Source: a virus. Taken from it: a stretch of 64,000 nucleotides of DNA. This document shows, piece after piece, positions 25,801 through 34,319 of this stretch; position 1 is the stretch's first letter; every line of letters begins with the position of its first letter. The notes under the pieces are model-generated. The model was not told the DNA's origin. It did not search any database and saw nothing but the letters and a program-made list of their open reading frames with translations. The position numbers were made by a program, and so were the translations under genes. Where the stretch lies: positions 32,001 through 96,000 of the IMG/VR virus record IMGVR_UViG_3300050821_003907; one strand, 5' to 3'.

Positions 25801-28409
25801 GCAGCAACGCTGCTGTCCCTGGTGGAGTCGTAGCTGGCAATGCCATGGGCAACCTGATGGAAATCGGCAAGTACCTTATGTCACAGGGAGCTTCGGCTGC
25901 TGCGGCTGCTGGTATCGCATCTGTTGTTTACGGTGAGTCTGCGGGTAACCCGGAATCTGTAGGCTCTGGTGGTTACGGCCTTATCGGATGGACTGGAAAC
26001 AGCATCGGCCTTCCCGCTGGCTATCACGGCCCGACAGGCAATGCGTCTAAGGACCTTGCAATCCAGATGGCCGGACTTGTGGGTTACGGTAAGGCAAATG
26101 GCCCATGGGGCTCGCTTATCAAGATGACAGACCCGGTTGCCGCTGGCGACATGTGGTCTAGCGTGTTCGAGCGCCCCGCTGTTCACCTTTCTGACACACG
26201 GCCTAGCCTGGCTACCCAGCTTTACGCTTCCCTCAGGGGATTCAAGGGAATGGGGCCAGTTGCGCCTGGAGCTGCGGGCGTAGGAAGTACCCCGTCTTCT
26301 AGCGCTGGCCGCATCCTGTCCGATGCAGAACGCTACGTCGGCCACCCTTACCGCTTTGGCGGTTCTTCTAACCCGTCCACCGGATGGGACTGCTCCTCAT
26401 TCGCCTCATGGGTACTTGGTCACGACCTGGGCCTGGCACTCCCTGGCGGCTCGTGGGCATCTACCACCAACAGCGGTCAGTCACACGGTGATGTTGCCAG
26501 CATGTTCGCGAACCTGCCCGGCGCACATCCTGTAGGCAGCAACCCTGCCCAGATTATGCCGGGCGACGTTCTAGTGTGGCCTGACCACGTTGGATTTGGC
26601 GTTGGCCCTAATAAGATGTTCTCTGCCTACGGCACGAACTTCGGCACTATTTTCTCTAACGCGCAGGCTTCAGGCGGCCTTACCATCATGCGTTACGGTG
26701 CAGGAGCTCAGTTCGGTGGCGGCTCGGCAATGCCCGGACCCCAGCAGGACACGGGAGCTTTCACCTTTAACTTCGCTGAAGGCGGTACTGTCGGTAACCT
26801 TGGTGCCGGTGGCCTTAAGGGCGCTAAGGCCGCGCTGTCCAGGGGTGCAAAGCCCCTGACGCGTACCGGTCACCCAACGCACAAGCCCAAGCCTAAGCTT
26901 CCTACAGAGGCTCAGGATATCGCTGCCTACAACTCCCTGCTCAAGCAGGTAGTGCACTACTACGACCAGGCAATGGTGCTGGCAGATGCTTCTGAGAAGC
27001 AAGCTGTCACTAAGGCTCCTACGGCTGCGCAGAAGGCTGCGGACATTGCAGCGGCCAGTCACCTTACTTCTGAGGCTGACCAGCGGAGTGCTAAGACTGC
27101 AAAAGACCGTAGCCTGCTCAACAAGGCTAACAAGCTAAGCGCGCAGGCTCACGCATACTCTCACACTGAATCAGAGCGCAGGAACCTGCTGGCCCTGGCT
27201 AATAACGACGCGTTTGCCGCTAATCACGCAAGCATCAAGCCTGCCGCTAAGAAGGCCCTCATGCGTGAGGCAGCACTGCTCACCACTGAGGCTAACCGGC
27301 CTAAGTACGGTAAGGGACAGAAGGACAGGCTACTGCACGAGGCTGCTGTTGACCGCAGCAAGGTGTCCTACTCCCACACGGGAGCACAAAGGAAGACCCT
27401 GCTTGCAGAAGCTGCACGTGACCGGGCTGCGACGCACACCAAGAACGGAAGCCTAGCGCAGGCAGAGCACTACCTGGCACTGGCAGCGGCTGCTGACAAG
27501 AAAATGGCTGCGCTTGACCACAAGGACAATGGCCGTCTAAGCAAGCTAATTGCCCCGTCTAAGCTCAAGACCCTTGTGGCAGACGCACAGGAACTAGCGG
27601 ACCTCGGACTACTAGGCGACGACCCGTTGCTGCGCACCATGCGTTCTTACACAGGCGTGATTAGCAGTCCTAAGCTGAAGAACGCAATGAAGACTGCTAG
27701 TGGCTCTGTGCACTCAGACGTGGTTGCACGGGCGGCGGCAGCTAGCTCAGCCGCTTCTCCTATCAAGGGAGTTAACACGGGGCTAGGCCAGAACGTTACC
27801 CGCTGGGCACCGGACGTAAGCAAGGTACTCGCAATGGAGGGCCTGCCTCAGAGCCTGCTGAACCAGGTCCTGTACCAGATTAGCACTGAAAGCTCTGGTA
27901 ATCCGACTGCCATTAACCTCTGGGACAGCAATGCAAAGGCAGGACATCCTTCTCAGGGTCTTCTCCAGACAATCCCGTCTACATTCAAGGCGTTCCACTG
28001 GCCCGGAACTAGCAATAACATTGACGACCCGATGGCTAACATCGCGGCTGCGGTCAATTACGCTAAGCACACTTACGGCGACCGCTTGATGACTAACGGA
28101 ACAGGTCTTGGGTCAGGTCGTGGATACGCTCTGGGCGGTATTATTCCTGAGCCGGTATTCGGTGTAGGTGCTTCTGGTCGTCGTTATTCTTTCGGAGAGC
28201 GCGGGCCTGAGCGCATCCTGCCAGGCACTACGCCTAATGGCGGCGGCGCGGGCGGACCCGGAATGACAACGTACCAGGCGAACACAATGCTTCAGTTGCT
28301 AGGACAGCTAGTCACCATTAATCGTCAGCAGCCTCAACAACTGGCGCAAGCACAATCACGTGGTTCTGGACATTCTGCCATGTCAGGGTTTACGCAGCTC
28401 GGTCGTTAG
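19878..28409 (+). CDS. Tape measure protein with tail-lysozyme, NlpC/P60 and lytic transglycosylase domains
   Basis: 2843 aa, helical Ala-rich body; YGESAGNP..GYGLIGW; YVGHPYRFGG..DCSSF..DHVG; ISTESSGNP.AINLWDSNAKAGHPSQGLLQTIPSTF. Confidence 0.93.
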   Translation: MTRILGEAGVAVVPITDAFRSQLDAKVRAQMAGLRPELNIGANTKQVDAAVAKIMATVKAANPAMRLQFVTTEAVAELARFEAAVRALGRPTVKFNMDMSQADRQVAVMQGYLDKLKEAIMRGAELNIDDVNALKKLGTVGAFVARLDKQLKSLKADADVAPLMAELAKARGMFEDLSKDLRNLHIGADATQLQAQIAKGIAEANILKDDLKDMAMDVDDSSMMRKFAASMTEVGTLQRQLKNMPMDGDVTPFLLKLAAARKEADAVMETMTRPVVMKLDMNPLLQGLTREEALVNALQQKLRLRTDINDQDVEDFLVKTVSQTEAMRQLLLNLRANVSDSEAKVALDDLMARVLAIQERMSNLSPHASLSNLLNDFATLENVVGKASHEFGTMDEGTKSVFRDMTGLSGAVGRFGDRVVGAGRDGTNSINMMTGAVGGFLKGMGHVTLFGGMFNNLNKYLLSFVSGWHLLADAIFEVIAVWVPATIAFAAWGAAAAPDVKNVVTQFQNMGTAVAATGQKLNNFQGATKLFGDSMQMAVRPAVWNLVGDAIQVVNARSGAFVGFLKQMNPLVESLGARATVALKNGFGNFLSNGAKMFYQLGTAIGNFLGILGNLGKVVPHYAEILLGLGTAFLKVVEDITASPLFQSIIGFGLKMHGAAVYIGVFITLLATLGRSLLGGFLQGFASARNKMQDFADSERAAAEATNNLAEATNTAGAKLKNGAEDATNLSASMSNLGQHTQEGEAALKDAGAASEDTRGKFQKLGSGLGGLVGNISNLGTKSVGTWNSMDKGASTLSRMGGFAKKAGVGALGMISSFTGLGPVGLAIGGVAAAIGIGLYFALKKSTDATQSFVNAQLSMADNATIGTFTQDMTRGISLMQLKLVATSNQMVTMARSSNVMGTVGKQDVDVWSGAWGNAKWKLIAAQAILTEFVQKTKDNPNPFAAWKTSAPQAQAQALLSSYGELSNGIAAAKEQMNQFNTHVGQAQMAIKGMTGENLNSAQVMGVATNAGISLNSMIHDQGGAWQQDLVQILGTVQGFQAMGPAIGGANTALNALNITTSSTYQEIQKVTQAYQQFIQIVTGSESAYATFAQGMNSLATAVGAPSAAAGGGAGGAGGGAAGGGTLTFANGKINSSAPVTGSSGVIGGVSSGGVAALSAYIQQIQQAETLLNSLQTQAAVSGNSPLANTATTKAGKDLVALLGSVPGVANNPAAVPSLSALAQTAGFTGNTASYQDIVKWAGSASNAQSDLTKQTNALTAATSDLNRDAAALNSTMTTQMQQSMASAILGAEGATQKFQQAARAVIAWQNAGSNLSGSNYTKLLNSLRPMAETLLRTTHSSSLAKQQLEGFLEQMGIAPGVAAKMANALLRSNAAASANAAANRSVSLSLAQVAKATQATITNVTTSRAAWVHFGESLGMSAQQANKLWGKLKENGLQNLLHQTAGTETAFQKLARQFGISKTQADALWNKFHDGSMDMLKNKANSTFSAFMKLAHQFGVTAESASMLWQRAHQQQFDMLSGKSRITVQQLQGLAHEFGLSGTQAQTLWAVMHKQYLDALAGKAGITHNQFSRLATMLDLNKTEANALWAMMRRQYLDTLTSKANVSYSAFLRLAKGFGITNTAAAQMWAQARQQQFDMLSNKSRITNSQLQKLAHQFGVSTTSASQLWSMMRQQYLDALTSKTGVSKSAFDAWARSAHISTGEANTLWNMLHQQYFDELTAKASRNRSQFDALSEAWHVSAVKADALWRVLQQQYLDQITHKATMSHQAFDTLAKKLGYSSTEADAMWNSLKRMSGNYGVHVHTNVDGGGKVGAEVTVSAAIANTMKAAGNLGSTVLKSLGLAQGGLVPSHFAGGGSVPGWGNHDSVPAMLMPGELVIPKNHAAEFASQAKRKGIPGFAGGGIVGATTSPLAGVGGLVNTQTSGNVAEMPAEGNQLATIPAKLIGEVGKLGPMVTQELVASIQAVQSAIMNSGSNAAVPGGVVAGNAMGNLMEIGKYLMSQGASAAAAAGIASVVYGESAGNPESVGSGGYGLIGWTGNSIGLPAGYHGPTGNASKDLAIQMAGLVGYGKANGPWGSLIKMTDPVAAGDMWSSVFERPAVHLSDTRPSLATQLYASLRGFKGMGPVAPGAAGVGSTPSSSAGRILSDAERYVGHPYRFGGSSNPSTGWDCSSFASWVLGHDLGLALPGGSWASTTNSGQSHGDVASMFANLPGAHPVGSNPAQIMPGDVLVWPDHVGFGVGPNKMFSAYGTNFGTIFSNAQASGGLTIMRYGAGAQFGGGSAMPGPQQDTGAFTFNFAEGGTVGNLGAGGLKGAKAALSRGAKPLTRTGHPTHKPKPKLPTEAQDIAAYNSLLKQVVHYYDQAMVLADASEKQAVTKAPTAAQKAADIAAASHLTSEADQRSAKTAKDRSLLNKANKLSAQAHAYSHTESERRNLLALANNDAFAANHASIKPAAKKALMREAALLTTEANRPKYGKGQKDRLLHEAAVDRSKVSYSHTGAQRKTLLAEAARDRAATHTKNGSLAQAEHYLALAAAADKKMAALDHKDNGRLSKLIAPSKLKTLVADAQELADLGLLGDDPLLRTMRSYTGVISSPKLKNAMKTASGSVHSDVVARAAAASSAASPIKGVNTGLGQNVTRWAPDVSKVLAMEGLPQSLLNQVLYQISTESSGNPTAINLWDSNAKAGHPSQGLLQTIPSTFKAFHWPGTSNNIDDPMANIAAAVNYAKHTYGDRLMTNGTGLGSGRGYALGGIIPEPVFGVGASGRRYSFGERGPERILPGTTPNGGGAGGPGMTTYQANTMLQLLGQLVTINRQQPQQLAQAQSRGSGHSAMSGFTQLGR
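24100..25265 (+). repeat. About 10 tandem 40-aa repeats in the tape measure
   Basis: Unit such as SAFMKLAHQFGVTAESASMLWQRAHQQQFDMLSGKSRITV, with regularly spaced Trp. Confidence 0.8.
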
Positions 28410-28445
28410 ACTAGACTGTGCCATAGGAATTGAGAAGGGACTTTC

Positions 28446-31400
28446 ATGCCTGTATACACCGGTAGCACCAAGTACCCCTATGCGATGACCGTTAATGCGC
28501 AAGCGGGTGCCGCTACCGTCGTATCCGAGAACGTTCAGCCTATTTATGTTGACAGTTTCACCACGTACCAGTTCACGGTAATCTGCAAGACAAGTGCTAC
28601 CTGGTCTTCCGGTGTCACCATTACCGTGAACTACTTCAATTCCTCGAATGTGTCTGTAGGAACTGTTACTGCCACGCAGACTTCCATGGTAGCCAACAAC
28701 CTGTACACCATTTCCACGACAGCCGGGACTGCTCCTGCCGCTACGTCTTATGCCACGCTTACCATTCAGTTCAACGGTTCCCCGGCCCTGACTAACACCC
28801 TGTCCATCGTGCAAGCAGGGCTTTACAATACTAACAACCCCAATCTTGACTATGAGATTAACCAGAATGCCGCGTTTGCAAACGGCACGCAACCTTGGAG
28901 CCAGTCTAACAACAGCGCCCTTATAGGGTGGGACTGGACCCCGCTAGCCGTGGGTGACGGTAACTACGACAGCTTGCTCATCAGCGGTGTTGTTGAGCTT
29001 ATCGGAGGACCCGCAGGAGTTCCTTCTGACATTCCTGAACTTATAGACAGCAACGGCGTAGGGGCTACTTTCCGGCTTCTTGCGCCTCCCTCTACTAACT
29101 CAGTAGCTTTTGGCTTTCAGAACTCTTACGACCTAGGTGCTCCCCAGCCTACTTCAGATGTAGTTGAGTCACTGCTGCTGGACGGTGAGCGTCCCTTTGG
29201 CTACAGGGCTTCTAACCGGACTATCACGCTACCTATCCTTATTGAGGGCACTTCACAGGCAATCGTGCAAGCCGCACGAGAGTACATGATGTACCTAATT
29301 GACCAGCAGTTGTGGAAGCTTACCTGGACTCCCGCAAGCAATGGCCTGCCCCTTGTATTTGACTGCTTCAGGGCGCAGCCAACAGTTCTTTCTTACGGTT
29401 TTGACTACAACCGTGACCCCACGGCTGGAAGCGGCGGTACCGCCTACACCTCCATGACATTGACTTTCCAGGCGATGCCTTACGGTCATAGTGGAATAGA
29501 TGGCACCAAGGACCTGGCGTTTTCCAGCTTCCTCATTAACGGTCAGGCATCAGCCGGTGCGGTCACCATGGATGGCTACATTGGTGCGGGCGGTAACGCT
29601 AACTGGCAATGGGACACTCGCTGGTCAACCCTTAACTACCAGTTTCACGACTTTGAGACCAGCACTAGCGGCACCACGATTTCCACAGGAAACCTGGCAC
29701 CTACCAGCACAGACCCGTACGTCACTGCAAACGCAAGTCCCCACACAGCAGGCACCGGAACGGCAGTTTACTCAAATGCGCATGCTGCGCATGGCTCCTT
29801 GTCTTCTCTTTATAATTCAGGTGCCTCTGCTGGAACTGCCTACGTCGAAATAACTACGACACTTTCAGCGCAAACAGCTTATGCGCGAGCTTCTTATTAC
29901 CTCCCGGCACTCCCGGCTGCGGCAACGCAAGTTAGCCTGATGCAGGTCAATAATGCCGCTAACACGCAAGCTGTTGGAAAAGTATTTCTTAATCCTAGCG
30001 GTACGCTTAACTTTGTTACAGGCGCAGGTAACCAATACGCTATGGCGGTTGCCCTTCCCACAAGTCAGTGGGTGCGCATTGAGCTTAGCGTCAGTCCTAA
30101 CATCGTTAATAGCGCAGCAAACGCTAGTGCGACTGTAACGTGGTACCTAGGGGATAGCACTACACCCCAGGAATCAAAGACTTTTACCGGAATGTCGATA
30201 GGAACCGGTCCCGCTTCAGCCCCCGCTAACTTCTACTTCGGACTACTGTCAGCAACAGGCAATAACAACTACCAGGCTTACGTTGACGATATTGCCTGCG
30301 GGCCTACTCAGATAGGTCCTTACCGTACGCCTTCGGCAACAAATGTCAGCTTGCCTGGCGGTGTAGGTAGTGCTGTTCACTACATGCCTCCGCGCCCTGT
30401 AAAGCAGCCGTACCCTGCCGCTGTATTCGCGCGCTCTAGCTTGGGCTTCAATCTTGTAGGACTTAACTCCTTGCAGTGGTGGTTCGGGCAAGCCTACGAT
30501 TACGATTACGCTTACGACCCCACCTTCAGGTCAACTATCGTGTTCCGCTGGACGCTGACGGACAACGCTAATAATACGCTTAAGTTCAGTAAGACCTTCA
30601 ATGAAGTTAAGTGGAGCAAGAATGCGTCCGCCCCAACCTGGAGCAGGCTTACCGTTCCTATTCCGCAGGGCAATAACGTATTCAATTACGCCAACGTAGC
30701 CAGCTATTCCCTGGCCTTCACCAATCACAGTAGTGGCGGCACTTCTGGTTTCGTGAAAATGCATGCGTGGCTAAGCGGCTTGCAAGCTCTTCCGACCACC
30801 ATCAACAATAACCCTGGAACGCCTCGCGCGAACCTCTTCAACATATTTGGCGCTCCGGGTTCCGCACGTTCACCTATTTCCGTGCAGGCCCAGCTGCCTT
30901 CTCAGACAGGCAACGTAGTTCAGGAGTTTACGCAAGTCGGTTCCTGGACTGTGCCTCAAGGCGTTTACAGTGTTCAGGCTGAATGCTGGGGTGCTGGCGG
31001 GGCAGGCTCATCGTACAACACAGGCACTAACTACGCAGGCGGTGGCGGCGGCGGTGGCGAGTATGCCATGGAACCCGCGCTTACCGTAGTTCCCGGTACT
31101 AAGATTCCGTATTTCGTAGGAGCAGGCGGAGTCAGTGGTGAGCTGACTAATACCGTTCAATCGTGGAACTCATCAGGAATTGGCCACTGGCTGTGCCCGG
31201 CAAATGTAAGTTCCATACAGATTGAAGTGTGGGGCGGCGGTGCTGCTGGTTCCGCAGGCGGTGGCGGCGGCGGTGGCGGTGAATACGCCAAGGAAGCAAC
31301 GCTAGCGGTAACTCCCGGAAAGACTTACCAGTTTCAGGTAGGCCGGGCAGGTGTCCCTAACACGGGAACTAACACTGCCGCAACAGTAGCCCGAGACGGA

Positions 31401-34319
31401 ATCGCCTCATGGTTTATCGGTGACGCTGTAACGGTGCGTGCTAGTGGCGGAAGCTCTCCCGCTACAGGAGGTGCTAGTGGCGGCAGGGGCGGTCACGGCT
31501 CTGCTAACTCCACGCACTACAGTGGCGGCACGGGAGGCGCTTCTCCGGGGTCTGCGGGCGGCGGCGGTGCGGCTGGCGCTGGAAGCTCTAACAACGGTGC
31601 TAATGGCGCTGCGGGCGTGCGAGGAACTAACACCGGTCAAGGTGCTCACCTTACAGGCGGTGTTGGGGCTACAGGCACCAACGGTGGCGGTAATGGCGGG
31701 GCAGGTTCGAGTGTCCCTGGCTTCCCCGGAACAGGCATAACTCCAGGTGGTGGCGGGGGCGGTGGCTACAGCTCCAACGGAAAGAATTACAAGGGCGGCA
31801 CCGGAAGCACCGGTGAAGTAAAGATTACCTACCAGGTAAACCTGGGTTCACCTATTAATGGTGGCAGCACCGCTTTCGGTGCTTCGGGCCTTACCAGCGC
31901 TACAGTAACCGCTCACGGTGGCACATCAGTAGCCAATAACACCGCATCAGGCTCGGCTGGAGGAACTGGTTCTTCTAACTCTACACACTACAACGGCGGG
32001 CAGGGATATCCGTACTCTAACGGCACCGGCAACAACGGATTCGCTAGTCAGGGTAACTCTTCTTCTGCACAACTCGCTGCAACCTTTAACTACAGCACGG
32101 GTACGGGAACCACTACGGCTACTGCAAGCTCAACAAACGGTGTTGGCGTAGTCATAGTCCTGGCGGCAGCGGCAGTAAGTGACCTTACCGTGTCAGACAA
32201 CGCAGGAAATATATACCCGGCTGTGTCTAACGTAGCTATCGGCACAGGGCAGATGTACGCTTTCGCTACACCCCTGGCTGGCCAGGTAGTGAACGGAAGC
32301 ACGGTCCTCACCATCTCATCAGCAACTGCACAGCAATATGCGGCTAGCTGGTGGTACATGAATAATGCCATTGAAGTGAATGCAGCAAATATCGTCACTA
32401 ATACGGGGACTGGAACTGCCGCTAGCCTGACGTTGGGCAACACTGACGCCACTACTACAGAATACAACTGGGCATTCTGGGGCAACAGTTCTACTGTTGC
32501 CAGCACGGGTAATTCTGGTTCTGGGTCTGACGAAACTGAACTTTACACTAACCTAGGCTGGTCTATTTCGGGCGGTGCTCTTTATGGCGCTATCACGTCC
32601 ACACTTACGCCGCCTAACACTAGCGGTCGCGGAAGCACAGGAATGTCCTGGGCATCTAGCACTACCTGGGGCGGTATTTCTCTGCCTCTCGTCCTTGCTA
32701 ACCAGGGCGCTGCCACCGTATCACTGCCGACTAGCACAACTGCTAATACCTTTACTGGAACTTCCGGCACCATAACACCTAGGTTTACCTTCACCACCTT
32801 TAACACGGGCGTTATAGTATTGTTCGTAGTGCGCCCTGGTACTAGTACTGTAACGGCTGCTGATGTGGGAGGTAACACCTACACAGCTCAGGTAACCGCA
32901 AGTAATGGCGCTACAACTGCTTACATGACGGTACTGACGGCTCCTGTAACTCACAATCCAGGCACTATAACTGTCTCTGATACAGTAAGCCAGGCGCATA
33001 TCTTGCGAGCTTTCTACATCCCTAACTGCACAGCTTGCGATACTTCAGGTACAGCCTCGACTAACGGAACTACTAGCGTGACGCTAGCGTCCGGCTCGCC
33101 CACGAAGGCCGGAGACTTCACCTTGTATACGGGCTTTACCGCAGGCGGTAATGCCGTAACCACGTCTGCTACTGGTGGCGCTAATGCATTCATCAACAAT
33201 ACCGGTGGCGCAGGCAACCTGAACATGCAGATACTAGGTCTTTACAACATCGGCACGGCAGCTGCTGCTACGCTAACCGCAAGCACGACAGCTAGTGCCG
33301 CAATCGGGGCGGCAGCTATTTCCTTGTCGATGCCCTGGTGGGGCGGTGGCGGCGGTGCATCAGCGAATGCATCAGGACACGGCTTCCCCGGTTTTGACAC
33401 CGGAGGTGCAGGTTATGGTGGTGGCGGTCAAGGCGCTACAGGTGCGCAGGCAACATCTTCGGGTATTCAGGGAGGTGCGCCTGGCGGTGGCGGCGCTGGT
33501 GCAATAAGCAATGCAGGAGGCATCCAGCTTGGCGGCTCAGGCGGCAACGGTCGTATCAGGCTTACGTATACCCCGCCGTTGCAGGCATTTGACAATCTCA
33601 TTTTGCACATGCCGGGTTACAATTCGCCGGATACCTATAACCCGGTTAGCCCTGTTCCTGTGACAGACCCGCCAGACGGCCGGGAATACACGATGTCCTC
33701 TGTGATTCCGTGGCGTAATGCTGAATTCAATGGCACGTACGCGGTGTTCCTGGCTAACTACAACTGGTCCACTTCTGTGGGAACTAATGTAACACGGCGA
33801 ATTACGGTAACAGTAACGCAATACGAATTCCTTAACGGTCCTGGTTACAGCATGCAGGTTACCCGGCTGGTAACGCCTTCTACAGACATCGTGAATGGCA
33901 TAATTTCACTAGGCAATCTTCCGCTGCCCATTAAGCAGTACGACCCTAGTAACCAGGAACCGTATTACACTTACGGTGTAATCAGCAGTGAAAGCGGTGA
34001 CCGGTTCATGGACATCCTTTTCCTTGACACTACCGGCCAGACTGTGCTTATCAATGTCAACAATGCCAGCCCTGGCTACGGTAAATACGCTAATTACTAC
34101 ATTGATGAGCCTGATTTTGACACCGACATCAGTCCTGTGCTTGGCTCACCGCAAGGACCTGAGCGTTCCGTAAGCGTACTGGATTCAGCTGTGCTTTCAG
34201 GAGGACCATTCTTCCTGACACCGGGAGATAACTTCATCCTGGCGTACTCTACATACGGCGCACCTAATCTCGGTGTTCGATATAATCCAAGATGGTACAC
34301 TGACCGGGTGAAGTACTAA
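28446..34319 (+). CDS. Giant distal-tail (Dit-like) protein with inserted carbohydrate-binding-like and glycine-rich domains
   Basis: First gene after the tape measure; Dit-like halves (NRTITLPILI...LTFQAMPYG; FFLTPGDN...YNPRWY) flank Gly-rich and beta-sandwich inserts. Confidence 0.72.
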   Translation: MPVYTGSTKYPYAMTVNAQAGAATVVSENVQPIYVDSFTTYQFTVICKTSATWSSGVTITVNYFNSSNVSVGTVTATQTSMVANNLYTISTTAGTAPAATSYATLTIQFNGSPALTNTLSIVQAGLYNTNNPNLDYEINQNAAFANGTQPWSQSNNSALIGWDWTPLAVGDGNYDSLLISGVVELIGGPAGVPSDIPELIDSNGVGATFRLLAPPSTNSVAFGFQNSYDLGAPQPTSDVVESLLLDGERPFGYRASNRTITLPILIEGTSQAIVQAAREYMMYLIDQQLWKLTWTPASNGLPLVFDCFRAQPTVLSYGFDYNRDPTAGSGGTAYTSMTLTFQAMPYGHSGIDGTKDLAFSSFLINGQASAGAVTMDGYIGAGGNANWQWDTRWSTLNYQFHDFETSTSGTTISTGNLAPTSTDPYVTANASPHTAGTGTAVYSNAHAAHGSLSSLYNSGASAGTAYVEITTTLSAQTAYARASYYLPALPAAATQVSLMQVNNAANTQAVGKVFLNPSGTLNFVTGAGNQYAMAVALPTSQWVRIELSVSPNIVNSAANASATVTWYLGDSTTPQESKTFTGMSIGTGPASAPANFYFGLLSATGNNNYQAYVDDIACGPTQIGPYRTPSATNVSLPGGVGSAVHYMPPRPVKQPYPAAVFARSSLGFNLVGLNSLQWWFGQAYDYDYAYDPTFRSTIVFRWTLTDNANNTLKFSKTFNEVKWSKNASAPTWSRLTVPIPQGNNVFNYANVASYSLAFTNHSSGGTSGFVKMHAWLSGLQALPTTINNNPGTPRANLFNIFGAPGSARSPISVQAQLPSQTGNVVQEFTQVGSWTVPQGVYSVQAECWGAGGAGSSYNTGTNYAGGGGGGGEYAMEPALTVVPGTKIPYFVGAGGVSGELTNTVQSWNSSGIGHWLCPANVSSIQIEVWGGGAAGSAGGGGGGGGEYAKEATLAVTPGKTYQFQVGRAGVPNTGTNTAATVARDGIASWFIGDAVTVRASGGSSPATGGASGGRGGHGSANSTHYSGGTGGASPGSAGGGGAAGAGSSNNGANGAAGVRGTNTGQGAHLTGGVGATGTNGGGNGGAGSSVPGFPGTGITPGGGGGGGYSSNGKNYKGGTGSTGEVKITYQVNLGSPINGGSTAFGASGLTSATVTAHGGTSVANNTASGSAGGTGSSNSTHYNGGQGYPYSNGTGNNGFASQGNSSSAQLAATFNYSTGTGTTTATASSTNGVGVVIVLAAAAVSDLTVSDNAGNIYPAVSNVAIGTGQMYAFATPLAGQVVNGSTVLTISSATAQQYAASWWYMNNAIEVNAANIVTNTGTGTAASLTLGNTDATTTEYNWAFWGNSSTVASTGNSGSGSDETELYTNLGWSISGGALYGAITSTLTPPNTSGRGSTGMSWASSTTWGGISLPLVLANQGAATVSLPTSTTANTFTGTSGTITPRFTFTTFNTGVIVLFVVRPGTSTVTAADVGGNTYTAQVTASNGATTAYMTVLTAPVTHNPGTITVSDTVSQAHILRAFYIPNCTACDTSGTASTNGTTSVTLASGSPTKAGDFTLYTGFTAGGNAVTTSATGGANAFINNTGGAGNLNMQILGLYNIGTAAAATLTASTTASAAIGAAAISLSMPWWGGGGGASANASGHGFPGFDTGGAGYGGGGQGATGAQATSSGIQGGAPGGGGAGAISNAGGIQLGGSGGNGRIRLTYTPPLQAFDNLILHMPGYNSPDTYNPVSPVPVTDPPDGREYTMSSVIPWRNAEFNGTYAVFLANYNWSTSVGTNVTRRITVTVTQYEFLNGPGYSMQVTRLVTPSTDIVNGIISLGNLPLPIKQYDPSNQEPYYTYGVISSESGDRFMDILFLDTTGQTVLINVNNASPGYGKYANYYIDEPDFDTDISPVLGSPQGPERSVSVLDSAVLSGGPFFLTPGDNFILAYSTYGAPNLGVRYNPRWYTDRVKY

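Noticed and set aside
31704-31730. tRNA T-loop-like GGTTCGAG
   Set aside because: Inside a Gly-rich coding region; no cloverleaf can be built
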